Shown here one piece after another: positions 14,483-27,768 of a stretch of 45,910 nucleotides of DNA (its first letter is position 1; every line of letters begins with the position of its first letter). The position numbers were made by a program, and so were the translations under genes. The notes under the pieces are model-generated. The model saw nothing but the letters and a program-made list of their open reading frames with translations. It had not been told where the DNA came from and did no database searches. The DNA comes from Rotaria socialis (taxonomy: Eukaryota): positions 62,001 to 107,910 of the forward strand of contig CAJNYD010000547.1 in assembly GCA_905331295.1 (NCBI GenBank). The letters are read 5' to 3'.

Positions 14483-16297
14483 GATAGCTGTTTCTTTTTG
14501 ATTTTGAAGAGCAAAATTGATTGATGAATAGAATTTTATGACTGCCGTTTTGTTTTCTTTTTATTGTGTTTTTTTTAACTACTTACAAATTTAATGGTTA
14601 GTCAAATGCGTAATCTCTCATACATTTCTTCTCAAGCGCACTATTATGTGTATGTGACTGACGAACTCCAAAAGTGATTCATGTATGTATCTCATTTTAT
14701 CGTGATTATCTTTGTTTGGTAAGCGCTTGTTTTTCTTGATTGTCTATCTATGAATGTACTGTTGTGATTTGTTTTCTTTGTTCATGATTCTAACAATAAA
14801 ATAGGGGAGAGCAATTATTGGAACACTACTGCTCCACGACGAAAATTGATAATTAACATTTTGAATATCATATAACTGATGCAAATATCGAGTGCAACGC
14901 TGTATCTGTGGGCAGAAACAAACAACGATAAATTCCAACGCCTAGTTTCTATTAATAAAATAAACTTTTATTCAAAGTTTTTGCTAATGAAATAGTTGGT
15001 TTATAATGCCAAATTTCGGTATCTATAAGATCACATGATGAAAAATTACGCAATGTAATAGGTTTACATTTGAAATAATTCCTGATTTTATTTCAAGCCA
15101 TAGACGGTGCAAATGAAACTTTCTAGAAGAAATATTGATTTTTTTTCGCCAGTTTCATTTTTAGATCGATAGTTACGTCGCATACTTGAATGGACTGTAT
15201 CAGATAAAAATATACAGAGAATCAATCAATAATTTGCTTACGGCTATAAAAATTGTTACAAAGCGTATAAATATCTCTGATGTGTTGTGACACATTGATT
15301 AATGCTATAGTTTGCAGTTTTCTTGTCAAACGACGTTTCCATCTTTTTCTTTTTGCTTTGTATCAATATTTAGAGAATGATTCGCGTTTTATTTATTTTT
15401 TGTACTTTTGAAGTTTGTTGCCAGGGCTATAGCGATCGGAAGGTGTGAAGGGATGCAAACTGTCCCACTTTTCAAATGTTATGTTAAAGGTTCAGTTTTC
15501 AGCGACAAAAAAATCAACGTTTTTTTTAATTTTACAGCTTTTCTTGAAGATTTTCTTAAAAAAACGTTGCCTGATTAGAAATAAAAAAACAGAGAATTCG
15601 TGTGATACTCAAATTAGAATGCATGAAACACATCTGAAGTTTCTTTTGTTTTACTAATTATTTCAGTCAACTATTGATCAATATGTTAGTTATTTTTATA
15701 GATCTTCACAAATGGACAGTCTCTATGTTGTGCTCTATTGAAATTATCAAAAACTGGGCTTATATCAGTTTTCTATAAAACGTCAACTTGGAAAACCAAT
15801 CCGATACACATATTCCTGTTATTTATCAATTGATGTTCTTCTTGAATATCATTTTTCTTTTGAAGAATAATCTCAAGTACAAGATGATTGGCGCCTGGCT
15901 AAATATTTCTTTTTTTAAATATTGGTGCGATTTCGAAATCCTGTGTTGTGTTTGATTCATGTGTGTACACATTATTCAATAAATATATTTGTTCATGAAT
16001 AATCAACACAAATAGATGGTGTACGTGCTTGATAATATCATCGTTGTTTTCATGGTGATAGCATTTACGACAATTTTTACTTTCAACTTTAGCTATTAGT
16101 AAATATAACATGAAACAATTTTTCTACGAGAAAAAGTAATTACAAAATTTTGATAATTATGTTGAAGGAAAATTTCCCAGTGAAATCAATTACTTATGCA
16201 AGAAAACATTGATTTGAATAGAATAGATTCAAACAATCCATTCGAAAGTCAGACACGTCGAATTTTTCTTATTTTCTTTTCCACTTCGTCTGTATAG

Positions 16298-17766
16298 AAG
16301 TCGGTTCAAATTTATCTGAAAATGTTACACACAATGATTCTACAACAATAGTAACACATAGAACTCGTCAAGATCAGTACGATCGATTACTAGAATATCG
16401 TTCTCACCTGGAAGAATCTCAGCTCTATTCCTTAACTATTTCATCAAATGGTATTGAATGTTATGAATCAGATTGTCAGCCATCTGTATTCACTGAATCA
16501 TATCAATGTCGAATGATATCACATGATCAAAATATGGATAGTTTTAATGAATTACCTTTGATGAATGATCAAGATATCAAACAAAATATTTCCTACATAT
16601 CTCTCACTAGTTTATCGCAAATAATTGATCATGAACCAAATGTATCTCGAAAGGATTCAATTTCACGACCAAAAAGCAATATTTTATTACACAAACCATC
16701 ATTATTTCTAACTGATATTTTAAGTAAATAAAATGATTTACTTCTAAAATATTATCAGCAACTATAATATTCTAGACAAAATGACCAACGAACAACTTGC
16801 TAAATCTATCGCTCAATTGACCAAGTTACATGAAAGTCGTACCAAATTAAGTACTAGACTAATGGATAGTATTCACATACCATTAAATTATATATTTTTC
16901 TCATGTTAGTTTCTCTTGAAAAACTACCGAGAACCAACTCGCTTCCAAATTTGAATAAAAAACCAAAAAAACTTTATAGTGTGAATTCATTATTATCTGA
17001 ACGAAGAATACCACCAAACAAAAATCATGGAGAGAATGAAATTTCATCAATGACTCGAAATGAACAAAAACATACTGATGACGATACGAGTTTACTGCAT
17101 ATCGATATCGAGATACCAAACGATAAATATCGAACTGATACAAATGGAAAAACAAGATCAAGTGTTATTAAAGAGAGAAGTCAAACACCAGTACATATTT
17201 CAGAACCATTAGATCGACATATCATTGCTTCAAAATTAAAATCACTTCCGAAACGTAAATTATCTCAAGAAAATCATCAAGCAATTTCCATCAATGATTC
17301 ATTAGTGACTACTTCAGCAATCTCATCACCTATTGTACATTTGCCTATAGTGAAGTCGTCTTCAAGTAAGATTTAATCGAGTGGCTTTACAAACGAAGAG
17401 ATAAATGGGAATACAGATTTCTTCGATGTAGAATGTGATGAACAAGTATCCAACTGGGACCCTTCTAGCACATCAAAAATAAATCCAATAGATACAAACA
17501 ATACTCTTTTATCATCCAAACCAATGATAAATTTAACATCTATCAACGATGAACAAGTAGAATTAGCGAAAATATCAAAAGAAACTAATAATCAACTTAG
17601 ACAAACGACAAACTTCGAAAAAAGTAAACAATCTTTGTCGAAATGTGAAATAAAACAAAGTCGAAACGATGTATCTGAAAAAAACAATATAAACCAATCA
17701 TTGAAAGATTTTTCATTATGCAACAAAATAACAGACCATCCTTCTCAAACCAACGTATTATTATGA
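16298..17766 (+). CDS. Uncharacterised S/T/N/K-rich protein, 5' end undetermined
   Basis: In-phase exons 16298-16723, 16776-16838, 16910-17365, 17417(or 17432)-17766 link three ORFs through short GT-AG introns. AATAAA at 17852. No recognisable domain. Confidence 0.5.
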
Positions 17767-18054
17767 GGGATAATAAGAAAAAAAAACTAATAACGATATC
17801 CTCCTGATATCTACAAATATCAATTGGATCTCACTAGTACTGCCTTTCTCTAATAAATTTTGTTCTTGTTTTGGATGTATAAATCAGAATATTTCGTTCT
17901 GATCTGGAAAGTTGGGAAATACTTTTGATAAACGCGGAGTAAAAATAAAGTGATCAAACTATCTGTTCTTTAAGGTATGTATAGAAATCAAAGTTTTCTC
18001 TTCTCTTCGTCGTATATCCAGCAGTAGCATATGAAACTACCAATCATCTGTATT

Positions 18055-18179
18055 TGTTACGACCTGCTCTCCGGTTAGGTCGTAGAGCCGCCCCATCTAC
18101 AGTATCTCTTATTATTCTTCCTACATCTCACCTGTTGTTTGATTCGTACTCTTAATGTTCATGATATATTTCTTTTTCT

Positions 18180-18210
<31 letters not shown>

Positions 18211-18577
18211 TCTGTTCGAGAGATATCCAGGTGTTTGTACTATCTTTATGTTTATGATCTATCTTCTCTCTTTCTCTCTCTCTCTCCTGTTCGATAGCCA
18301 TCCAGGTGTTTGTACTATCTTTATGTTTATGATTTATCTTCTCTCTCTCTCTTCCCTGTTCGAGAGATATCCAGGTGTTCGTACTATCTTTATGTTCATG
18401 ATCTATCTTCTCTCCCTTTGTTATTTGATTTGTACTATCTTTATTCGTGGTCTATCTTCTTTCTCTCTGTGTTCTCTCTGTCGCTATATATAGCTAGTTA
18501 TTTATGTAGTAAGGGCAGACTTTTGGGTTTACTTATTTCAATATATATACAGCGGAAGGATAGTAAGAGCCATCACA
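18055..18577 (-). mobile_element. Solo LTR (523 bp) with 5-bp TSD
   Basis: TGT...ACA termini flanked by GTATT at 18050-18054 and 18578-18582. On the minus strand a TATATATA (~18485-18492) precedes AATAAA (18440-18445). Confidence 0.8.
18132..18450. repeat. ~70-75 bp tandem repeat with (CT)n spacers inside the solo LTR
   Basis: CTGTTCGA..ATCCAGGTGTTYGTACTATCTTTATGTTYATGATYTATCTT starts at 18212, 18287 and 18356; degenerate partial copies near 18132 and 18418. Confidence 0.9.
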
Positions 18578-18693
18578 GTATTTTTCGTATATATACAATT
18601 TGTTTTAGAGAAAAATATTCTCAGGCATTTAGCTCATATTCGTTGTTTTTTGCGCCTTTAATTAAATAGGTTTTCTTTAATTGAATTACTTAT

Positions 18694-20109
18694 ATGCCAA
18701 TACATTGCCGACATGAAGCGAATGATCAATCATTACCACGTAATGAGATTCAAAAAGAAAATGTTGCACATACTCATATAATCGATTCTAACTTTGGACC
18801 TGAAAAACATTTCGAACCGTGGAATTTGTCAGATTCTTCGAAAAATCGAAGTAGTTTTCAAAATAATGAGATACTAAGCAGCGATCTTATCATTGAAAAT
18901 CTAGTCTTTTCGTAATTAAATTTAGTTGAACAATCGAAGACACCCAATTTTGTCCGTAACCATGGATGGGATGAAATTGAACAAAGCGAAGAAGAAGCAA
19001 AACGACTACGTCAATTACTTTCTATTTGGGATGCTGAACGAATAGCTATATTGAAACTTCAATACGATCTTGACAAGAATATTTTCCAACGTAAAAGAAC
19101 GCATTCCGTAATCTTAATAAAAGATCAAAATTTCTATCATTAAGGTACATTTGATTATATTAAACGATTAGGTCAAAGTGTTCGATTAGCTCTTTGGTTG
19201 TGGTCTCATCGTCCAGTTAATTGTTCAAATATTTCTAGTCTAAATCAATGTGAACAACAAAAACAGCAACAACAACAATCTCTATTTCCTGTTACTAGTG
19301 TTCACAAGTTACAAAATTCTGCATGTTTCACAAATTATCCTACACCAGAAAACATGGCCAATCAAGAGTTTTCTATACCATCTATTGATATTTTAGCAGA
19401 TTCACTCTGGTATCAACGTTTCATTTTGAATGAACCGCAGGAAAATTTACCTCCAATAGCTAGAGCTATGAAAAAAATGCTTGAAAATGACACATTTATA
19501 TGGGATTCTGAAATTCAAATGCAAAGTCCTTGGCCACATTTTATAAATCAATATCGAGTCACACAAAATAAAAAATTTCTACGAAATGTCTATGAAAATG
19601 ATGAAATTCAAACATTTGAGTCATTTCCATCTGTGACAAATACTGATACAATAAATAAAACAAAATCGAACCAGCATTCGTCTCAAGAAACGAACACTTC
19701 ACTGCAATTGAGCATGGATAATACTTTTCAACCAATAGATAGCCAGTATCTTCTAAAATCACCTATGATCGCATTAAAGAATCACGAAAGTAAACCTGAA
19801 GAATCAAAACCACGTTAGTAAACGAGATCTTATTTCGCTGAATTCAAAATTAGATTTTTTTTTGCACATTTAAACTACAAAATATTCTCTTAAATATGAT
19901 AATAGTGATGACACTCTATTGTTGACTTTTACATTCGTACAGATCGTTCCGAATCACAAGACAAAGAACTTAAACCTAGTAAAGTTCGTCGTCGATCAAA
20001 AACACGAAATCGAAAGAAATCAATAGACCGAAAGGCAACTAATCGATCCAAATCAAAGTCCAAAAGACACAAATCACGTCGTCCAAAATCATCGCGACGT
20101 ATCAAATGA
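18694..20109 (+). CDS. Uncharacterised ~385-aa protein with R/K/S-rich basic C-terminus
   Basis: Exons 18694-18850, 18926-19090, 19145-19813, 19943-20109 join in frame. Helical core HGWDEIEQSEEEAKRLRQLLSIWDAER; tail RRRSKTRNRKKS...RRIK*. May instead be the 3' half of the 16298 locus. Confidence 0.6.
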
Positions 20110-20442
20110 AGCACACAAGCTCTTCTTCGCTCATGATAAATTTTCTTAAAATTCAGTTGCTATACTAAATTAATTTTTATTGACATTTAAATATCGCATT
20201 TGATCAATATGTGCTCTAGGCATAGGAAGAGACTAGTAAATGCTATTACGCTTCTCTAATAATAAGTTAAATTCTATCTTATTAGTCGATTTTTTTGTTT
20301 TTGTAAAAATGTAAATTTGACATGCTTAAAATTTCTGTTTTCGAATGGAAAAGAAGAAGACACTCAACACAAATCACAGAACTCAATATGAATCATTCCA
20401 TTTAAAACAGGTTCATGAAAAATGTAGAGCATAATCAGTATG

Positions 20443-21542
20443 TTAATTATCATATGGTTTCCATTCCATTCCCTAAATATAGAAAAAGTTACTCATAAAA
20501 TTCAATGACAAACAAAATATATACTCACATCAGGTGGCTTGCATTCAGTTTTTTTCTTGGCAATATCATCCCAGTTAGTACTTAATACAGTGCCACCTGA
20601 TTCCATCTATACATATAAAATATATAATGGCTATAAAAAAACAAAAATAAAGCACAAAAAATACGTACGAAACTTTTGTTCATTGCTCGTCTTTGTTCAT
20701 CACTTCCATCACGATAGATTTGTTGAAACAATCTATAAAAAAATATAGACTTTATATGTTTTTTTGTTTGTAATATTAACAAAAACAATACGTACTGATT
20801 GAGTGCTGCATCACCTTCAAGTTTTTCTTCCTTCTCTTCTTTCTTAATTTCCACTTCAAGTTTATCCCAATTCGTAGGTTTTTTGCTCGACGATGGATAC
20901 GATGGTGGAACTGATTGTACAGTTGGAGCACGATTCATAATAACTAAGCAAAATAAAATCAATCAACTTTTCTTTATTCGTATAAAAATGCAAATATGAA
21001 ATTTACCTGGTGGAGCATTCGGTTTATGTTGAGAATCAAGTGATGCCCATTGTATAGCATCAACTTTATACAAACGAACTTCAACCTAAATAAAGTTATC
21101 GAATTACATCATGCAATTTTTTAAACGGTTAGTTTTCAACGTACGTTTGCTGTATTAACTTTAGTATCCGTACGACTGCTATTAACATGATAAGCAAGGT
21201 CAAGTTCTAGATTATATTCACTATTTGACGATGGCAATTTGATATTAACGCTTAACTACATAAACAACATAAAATTAAAAATGATCGTAGTATTTATCAT
21301 TAAAACAAACACGTACTGTATTTTCTGTAGATTCAACATGTACTTGGTCTCGTTGTACGTTTCGAATAGGAATGACAACATAAACACAAGTTTCGGATTG
21401 ATACCATGTATGACTTTATTCAAACAACAAACATAATTTCAATGATTTATCTATGGAAAATATCTTACTTAATCTTTTTCGGAGGATTAACTACTGGTTT
21501 TACTTCGTTCGTTTCACTTTGAGTTTGCTCGTTCGATGCCAT
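20443..21542 (-). CDS. SUGT1: SGT1 Hsp90 co-chaperone (CS + SGS domains, no TPR)
   Basis: [12 protein letters not shown] (CS domain); [55 protein letters not shown]...PPD/GMEWK (SGS domain). Confidence 0.92.
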
Positions 21543-22225
21543 AGTTTGTGTACTTACTATCTTATACTGCCCTGTGAGTTGTAACACAAATGATTTGCGG
21601 GCACTAAGAAACAAGTAAGGTCATATACATTGGTTGTGTCGCCATCTTGGTTACAAGCATAATTAAATAAAAATATTTTTTTACGCAGTAAGATTTCGTT
21701 TCTGTGATAAAATAAAAAATATTTTCTTTTATATAACTATTGTTGATGATAGATGCCACTATTATGTGATATCAGTGCTGATGTGGTAAAACTTTTACAA
21801 CGCTACATATTTTACGGTGACGAATATCGTGAGTTATCACAATATCCAATTCAAAACTTTCCCTCATATTAGTTTAATGATTCTACATTCTCGTCAGAGC
21901 TTAATGTTTAGAATGTCAAGTGTATTTTCTTTCATCATGTAACCACAGAAGAGTCTATGGTTGAAATTTAGGAAACTGAACAAAATATCATCTTCGCTTC
22001 AAAGTTCATATTTGCTAGATGTGCTCACATGTTGCTGTTAGACTTTCAGTTTTTGGTTCTATCTTCTTGCCGAACCTTTATGGTCCGTGCTTTTTTTTTT
22101 GTACAAATAGAATCACATAACAATGGATAAATAAACAGTTAAAATAGTACATATAACGCTAACGATGAAACCAACAAGGAAAAGAAACGAAAAAACATAT
22201 GTTGAACGATTATACATCTTTTTTT

Positions 22226-23632
22226 TCATGGACTTTCATTCTCAATAACATTTACAGGATCATTTTCAAAAACAAAGCCACCAGCTGGAAATGCTGAATT
22301 TCCCAGACCATATAAATGTCCTGAATATTTTCCTTCATCAATTGAATCTTCGAAAAATAATTCTTTCATTCTAAAAAACGATAAGCCAGTCATGAGACTA
22401 TCACTACCAGCTTGATGTTGTGGACCGATACGTTCAATCTGGAATAATAACAAAAAACAACTATGACTATTGAAATCAGATTAACTAAAATAGTTACGTC
22501 AAGTTGCTTAGTTACTTCTTCGAGACCACCTTTGAGACTTTTGCAACTCTTCATTAAATATTTAACATCATAAATTGTTGGAAAAAATATTTTTAATAAA
22601 TCAAAAAAATCATTTTCGGTATCAGGTAATAATTTTCCTGTTAACATTTTTAATAAATAACCAAAATCGTAACCACTAAATTAAGAAAACAAATACCATG
22701 AAGCAAAGAATACTTTTTACAGCATGACTACATACGCATGAAATGAAAGCCATGTAATATTTTCCATAAATACAACACCTGATGTTGTTAATAGTTCAGC
22801 AAATAAATGTGGATCAATACCTTCGTCTTCATGTTTTTTAAATTGTATTCCAGATTTTTGTAACAATTCAATAGAATCTTGTGCATACATATCCATTCTA
22901 TATATAAAAATTTGATTAGTTTAATAATTCAATGACTAGAAAATATATATTTACGTTAAGTTAAAATTAAAATTGAATTGATATGAACAGACACCCGGTG
23001 GACTTTTTCCTTGACTATCCATAAATGTTAAACCCAATTGAATGATTTTTAAAAAGTCCACATTTAACTTTAAACATTGATATTGATATTCAGCTGTTGT
23101 TTTAAATTCACCTAGGGGTCGAACGACAATACCTGGAAATTCCGTATCCTAGAAAAACAAACAAAATCGATATTTTATAATCAGATCAAGCTGTGCAATT
23201 GCAAAGTTATTTTTTTATCTTATGAATTTTTTTTGCTTCTAAGAGTAGGGTAATTTACCAATGTATACAAACAGTAGTTTCATTGAGGATCTATCTTTCC
23301 ATATGAATAGTTTTCGGATTCATGTAGTATTTTCATTTAAATATGCATAGAACAGATCATGATAAGATCGTATTTATCGTCCTTGACCTGTCACTTCGAA
23401 TTTTACGCTAGACTGTTGAATCTTGATTTTTAAATATCGACTCACACGATAAACATATAAATCTAATATCGTTCTCTGTCTACAGTTTATTAACAAGAAA
23501 TTCGTGATTCATACTAACCATAGCAACAAACGGATATTTAAGAATTAATTTTCGTATAGAACGAAATTCTTCTTCAACATTATGTGCCCAAACATCTTTT
23601 ATTCTATATAATGGAATTGGTTCTTCTGGCAT
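22226..23632 (-). CDS. CNOT7: CCR4-NOT deadenylase CAF1/POP2 (CNOT7/8)
   Basis: [11 protein letters not shown]...[62 protein letters not shown]. Confidence 0.95.
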
Positions 23633-24105
23633 GATTACAGTATTCTTAAAAGAAAAAAAAAATATTACTCAAAAAAAACTGCAAACGAAATCGATTTACT
23701 GGAACTAAAGAATCATTATCGATGTGAAACAGAAAAAATTCTACAATAACTGTTTAGCAGTTGTATATTCGAATCAGAACAATAATCGATGAAGAACAAA
23801 TAATCTGTTTAAGTTGTGTACACACGTCGGTCGGACGAAGCGATGATATGAGCAAAGAGAAATTTTAGTAATTCTTCTAGCCAATCTGGAAAATTTTCAC
23901 AACAAGCGACCTCTTCTGATAGTGATCACATATGTAAAACCGAAAGATATAGTGATTAGTTTGCATTTACTTTATTTTATATTTTGAGTCATAGAATTAA
24001 AACATATCGAACTGACAAAAAAACAATTTCAAAATAAAAATTATCAGTTAAAATGAAATCCCTCCACAAAAGCATTGTCTATAACTTTGCCCATTTGTGA
24101 TGACT

Positions 24106-24393
24106 CTAGTTTGCACATGTTTCGAGACACTTCTGTACACTATCGAAACGATTGTTGTTCCCTAAAAATAAAATTTGATAATAATTTTTTTTTCTATAAA
24201 TTGAATATTCTCTCTTACCTCCACAACCACCATAAATAAATTCTTTACATTGATTTGACGACGAATCAAAATAAACAGCAGGAAACATGCCACGACATAG
24301 ACCTGTATCGAATGATAATTCACAGTCAGGTATTCGCGCAAATACTAACGAGCAGCAGAAGGAAATGACTAATGTGACGAATACTTTATTCAT
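24106..24393 (-). CDS. Secreted single-domain Kunitz/BPTI protease inhibitor
   Basis: Signal peptide MNKVFVTLVISFCCSLVFA; six-Cys domain C..GLCRG..CKEFIYGGCG/GNNNRF..C..C; one intron ~24162-24218; P1 = Arg. Confidence 0.92.
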   Translation of the reverse strand: MNKVFVTLVISFCCSLVFARIPDCELSFDTGLCRGMFPAVYFDSSSNQCKEFIYGGCGGKREYSIYRKKNYYQILFLGNNNRFDSVQKCLETCAN

Positions 24394-25188
24394 ATTGCGT
24401 TGTTGATATCTGAAATTAAATGAAATGCAAATCTTTTTATATAGCATGTAATTTGACGATAGAAGAACAAAATGGAACATGCGTGCCGACAGAGAAGGAG
24501 TGATTCATAACGGCGCGGAAAAATGATACGACGGATTTCTGTTTTTTGAAATGAATAAAGAATCGTTTGGCGCAGTTTTCCTACTAAAATAGACGCAAGT
24601 AAAAACAAAAATAATCAATTTTGATTAAAACCAGTAGATTCATTTTTCTTCGAAAAACAGAACAATATTGTCACTGTTCTCGTAGCAGAAATAGCAAACA
24701 GGCTATTACACAGTACAACATTGTGTCGTTTTGTAAAAAAAAACCATAGCAAGTGGAATTAATTCGATCATCACATGCCTGACGTAATTGAGAGCGAATA
24801 TTTCGTAAGGCGAATTTCCAACAGAAACAAATAAATAGCCAATTATTGCCACGTTTTCAGAACTGAATCACAAACCCTGAGTATATTATCGTTTTCTGAT
24901 GAAGTAAAATATTTCAGAGCAATCGTGTCATGAATCATCACACTAATAACATTCGCTGTCAAACTTGATTAGAGTTACTAGTTGATGACTCGTTGTAGAT
25001 ATTGATTAATTAACTAGAACTAGTTTTTCATCAGCTAGTATATGTATTTATCTTTTCGTTGGTTACTACACATAGTGCATACAAAGAAAATCCAAAAAGA
25101 ACACAAGAAAAACTACAGACACAGACAAATATGAATAAAGATCAAAAATACACAAAATCTGAACAAATAACTATGAATATGAAAAATT

Positions 25189-26652
25189 TTAAAAATCAGC
25201 ATCAAGTGTTAGTTTATGTTCAGTTATAGCAGACATGACACCAGCACGTTGATAATCACCGACACGTTTCTCAAAGAAATTAGTTTTACCAGTTATAGAA
25301 ATATTATGCATAAAATCAAATGGGCAATCACAATGATAAATCTAAAAAGCGTTTAAATTTAATAGGAAAATAAATTATTTACTATAAAAAAAAAAACTTA
25401 CTTTTGAACATCCAAGTTCAACTAAAAGTCGATCGGCAACAAATTTAATATATTGGGCCATTGCCGATGCATTCATGCCAATCAATGAACATGGTAAAGC
25501 ATCAGTAAGAAATTCAATTTCAATATTTACAGCATCACGAAGAATTTCTTCAATACGTTCAGAACTTGGTTTATGAACAATATGTTCAAATAATAAGCAA
25601 GCAAAATCTGTATGTAAACCCTTAAAAACAAGACAATGCCATTGATGTTAAACAATATTCTCTCAAGCAAACCTCATCTCGACTAATTAATTCATTGCTA
25701 AATGTTAAGCCAGGCATAAGACCACGTTCACGTAACCAAAATATAGAAGCAAATGAACCACTGAAAAATATTCCTTCAACACAAGCAAATGCAACTAAAC
25801 GTTCAGCAAATGGAGTTTTTTCATTCATCCAACGAATAGCCCAATCGGCTTTCTTTTTTACATAAGGTAACGTTGATATACCATTGAATAACATGTCACT
25901 AAAGAAAAACGTGAAAATGAAAGAATTAACTTTTAGATAAAGAAAAAGATCAATGCTTCATACCGTTCACGGGGATCTTTAATATATGTATCAATAAGTA
26001 AACTATACATTTCTGAATGAATATTTTCAATAGCTATTTGAAAACCATAGAAACAACGTGCTTCAGGAATTTGAACTTCAGATGAAAATTTTTCGACCTG
26101 AAATTCAATAGAAAATAATAATAATCACATAGATATTCGCGACGATCTTTTCTATCATACCAAATTTTCACCAACAATCCCATCACTAGCAGCAAAGAAA
26201 GCTAAGACATGTTTAATAAAGTATTGTTCATCGGGTGTTAAACGTAGCCAATCTCTTGTATCATTTGCTAGATCAACTTCTTCACATGTCCAAATTGATG
26301 CTAATGCACGTTTATACATTTTCCAGACATCATGATATTTAATTGGAAACAAAACATAACGTGAAGGATTATCACGTAAAAGTGGTTCATCAGCTTCTTT
26401 CGTTTTTACGAGACCATCCTAAGCAAGAAAATAAATTATTATTTTTGATACTTCATCTTTTTTCAAATGGGCAAACCTGCGATTGTTCAATATAATTTTC
26501 GAATAAATTTATGTCATCATCGCTATGATCGATCTTTAGAAATAATTTCCTAAGCATGATATATGAATTAATACTACGAGATAACTTACAGATGATAAAT
26601 CTGTTTCGATATTATTCACTCCATTTGATGTTGAAATATTGATGTCACGCAT
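25189..26652 (-). CDS. RRM2: Ribonucleoside-diphosphate reductase small subunit
   Basis: [40 protein letters not shown] (radical Tyr), [41 protein letters not shown]-terminal TLDADF*. Confidence 0.96.
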
Positions 26653-27768
26653 GATATTGTTTTATGTCTACCTGATCTATAACAACTGATTGAAATGAAT
26701 GACGTTTACCTAGATTTTTCTCGTCTATTTATCTCCCAAGAAAACAATAACCTCTATTTTATTTTCAACGATTTTCCGATTATCCTAGTTTCAAAATCAA
26801 ATTAACCAATCAAATAGAATGGTCTTTGTCTATGTTCAGATGTCGTAGACGAATCAGGGAGCAATGCGTAGTGGATAGTATTTAGTTGCTTTGAGAAGAA
26901 AAGAAGCAAAACTGAACAGAAATAATAAAAAAACGTTAAAAACGAACCGACATATATAGATCTGTTCAGTATGTACTAAGACTGTTATTTCACAACCATC
27001 ATGCAAGTACAAGAAATAGACGTTCTGACGTCATTTGTTGACTGTCTAAAAGCCTGGGAACATTTGTCTATTTGAAAATCGTTATCCAATACGAGTTGCT
27101 TCCTAATTGACGTCAAGTTAATTTATTAATGACAGTGTTGACAACTTTTCAACAAAAATCTCTTTGGTCGAAATTTAAATTATGTTTTACTGAAATTAAA
27201 TGACAAAACTAATTCAACGATTGCAATTCTTCCTTGATAGGAAGAAAATAGTTATCTGTTACAGACATCTCACACTTTATGGTAGATTATCAAAACTAAA
27301 TTAAATTGAATTTTTGTTCGGTACGATCGTCATTGTAGATCTTCTATTAGCTATCAGATATTTTCTAATATTCAAAGGATTGGAAAAAAATACACTGGCC
27401 TATGATAATTTTAATTCATTGAAATAATGAATCTACTATTTTCATACCAAAGGCTATGTCAACAAGATATTATACCGATGAAATTTTGAAATATCTTGAT
27501 AAAATCTTTACGAAAAGCAATGTTTTAAAAAGTCGAGGTCGTAAAATAATTTTATTTCTAATACTTGGCTTACAGGACATGCCAAAACGATCGTATCATA
27601 TGCTAAGAATATTAATTGGCGTACACAAGATATAAATATTAATCATGCCCACGAGTAACATTGACAAGCAAAGCACATAAATTATGATTAAGAACACATT
27701 AACATGATGTATGGACTCATCATAGCTTAGATCGATCCGTAAAAGAAGATAAAAGTGAGATTCTAGGC

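Noticed and set aside
15422..15650. CAGGGCTATAGCGA possible transposon end
   Set aside because: No partner TIR or TSD found.
15703..16092. Stop-interrupted plus-strand frame as pseudo-exons or recoding
   Set aside because: Stop density is not clearly different from AT-rich noncoding DNA and there is no recognisable homology.
17374..17376. Apparent in-frame TAA readthrough between ORFs 16903 and 17524
   Set aside because: Removed by a phase-compatible intron 17366-17416 (or 17366-17431).
18155..18669. Hydrophobic repetitive ORFs / CRISPR-like periodicity
   Set aside because: Translation of the LTR tandem repeat; the spacers are CT runs rather than unique sequences, and no cas genes are present.
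21629..21648. Upstream ATG (AAGATGGCG) as the SGT1 start
   Set aside because: Splicing to either nearby acceptor hits a stop; more likely 5'UTR or a YY1-like promoter motif.
26790..26810. CCAAT plus CHR-like TTTGAA upstream of RRM2
   Set aside because: Short motifs expected by chance in AT-rich DNA.
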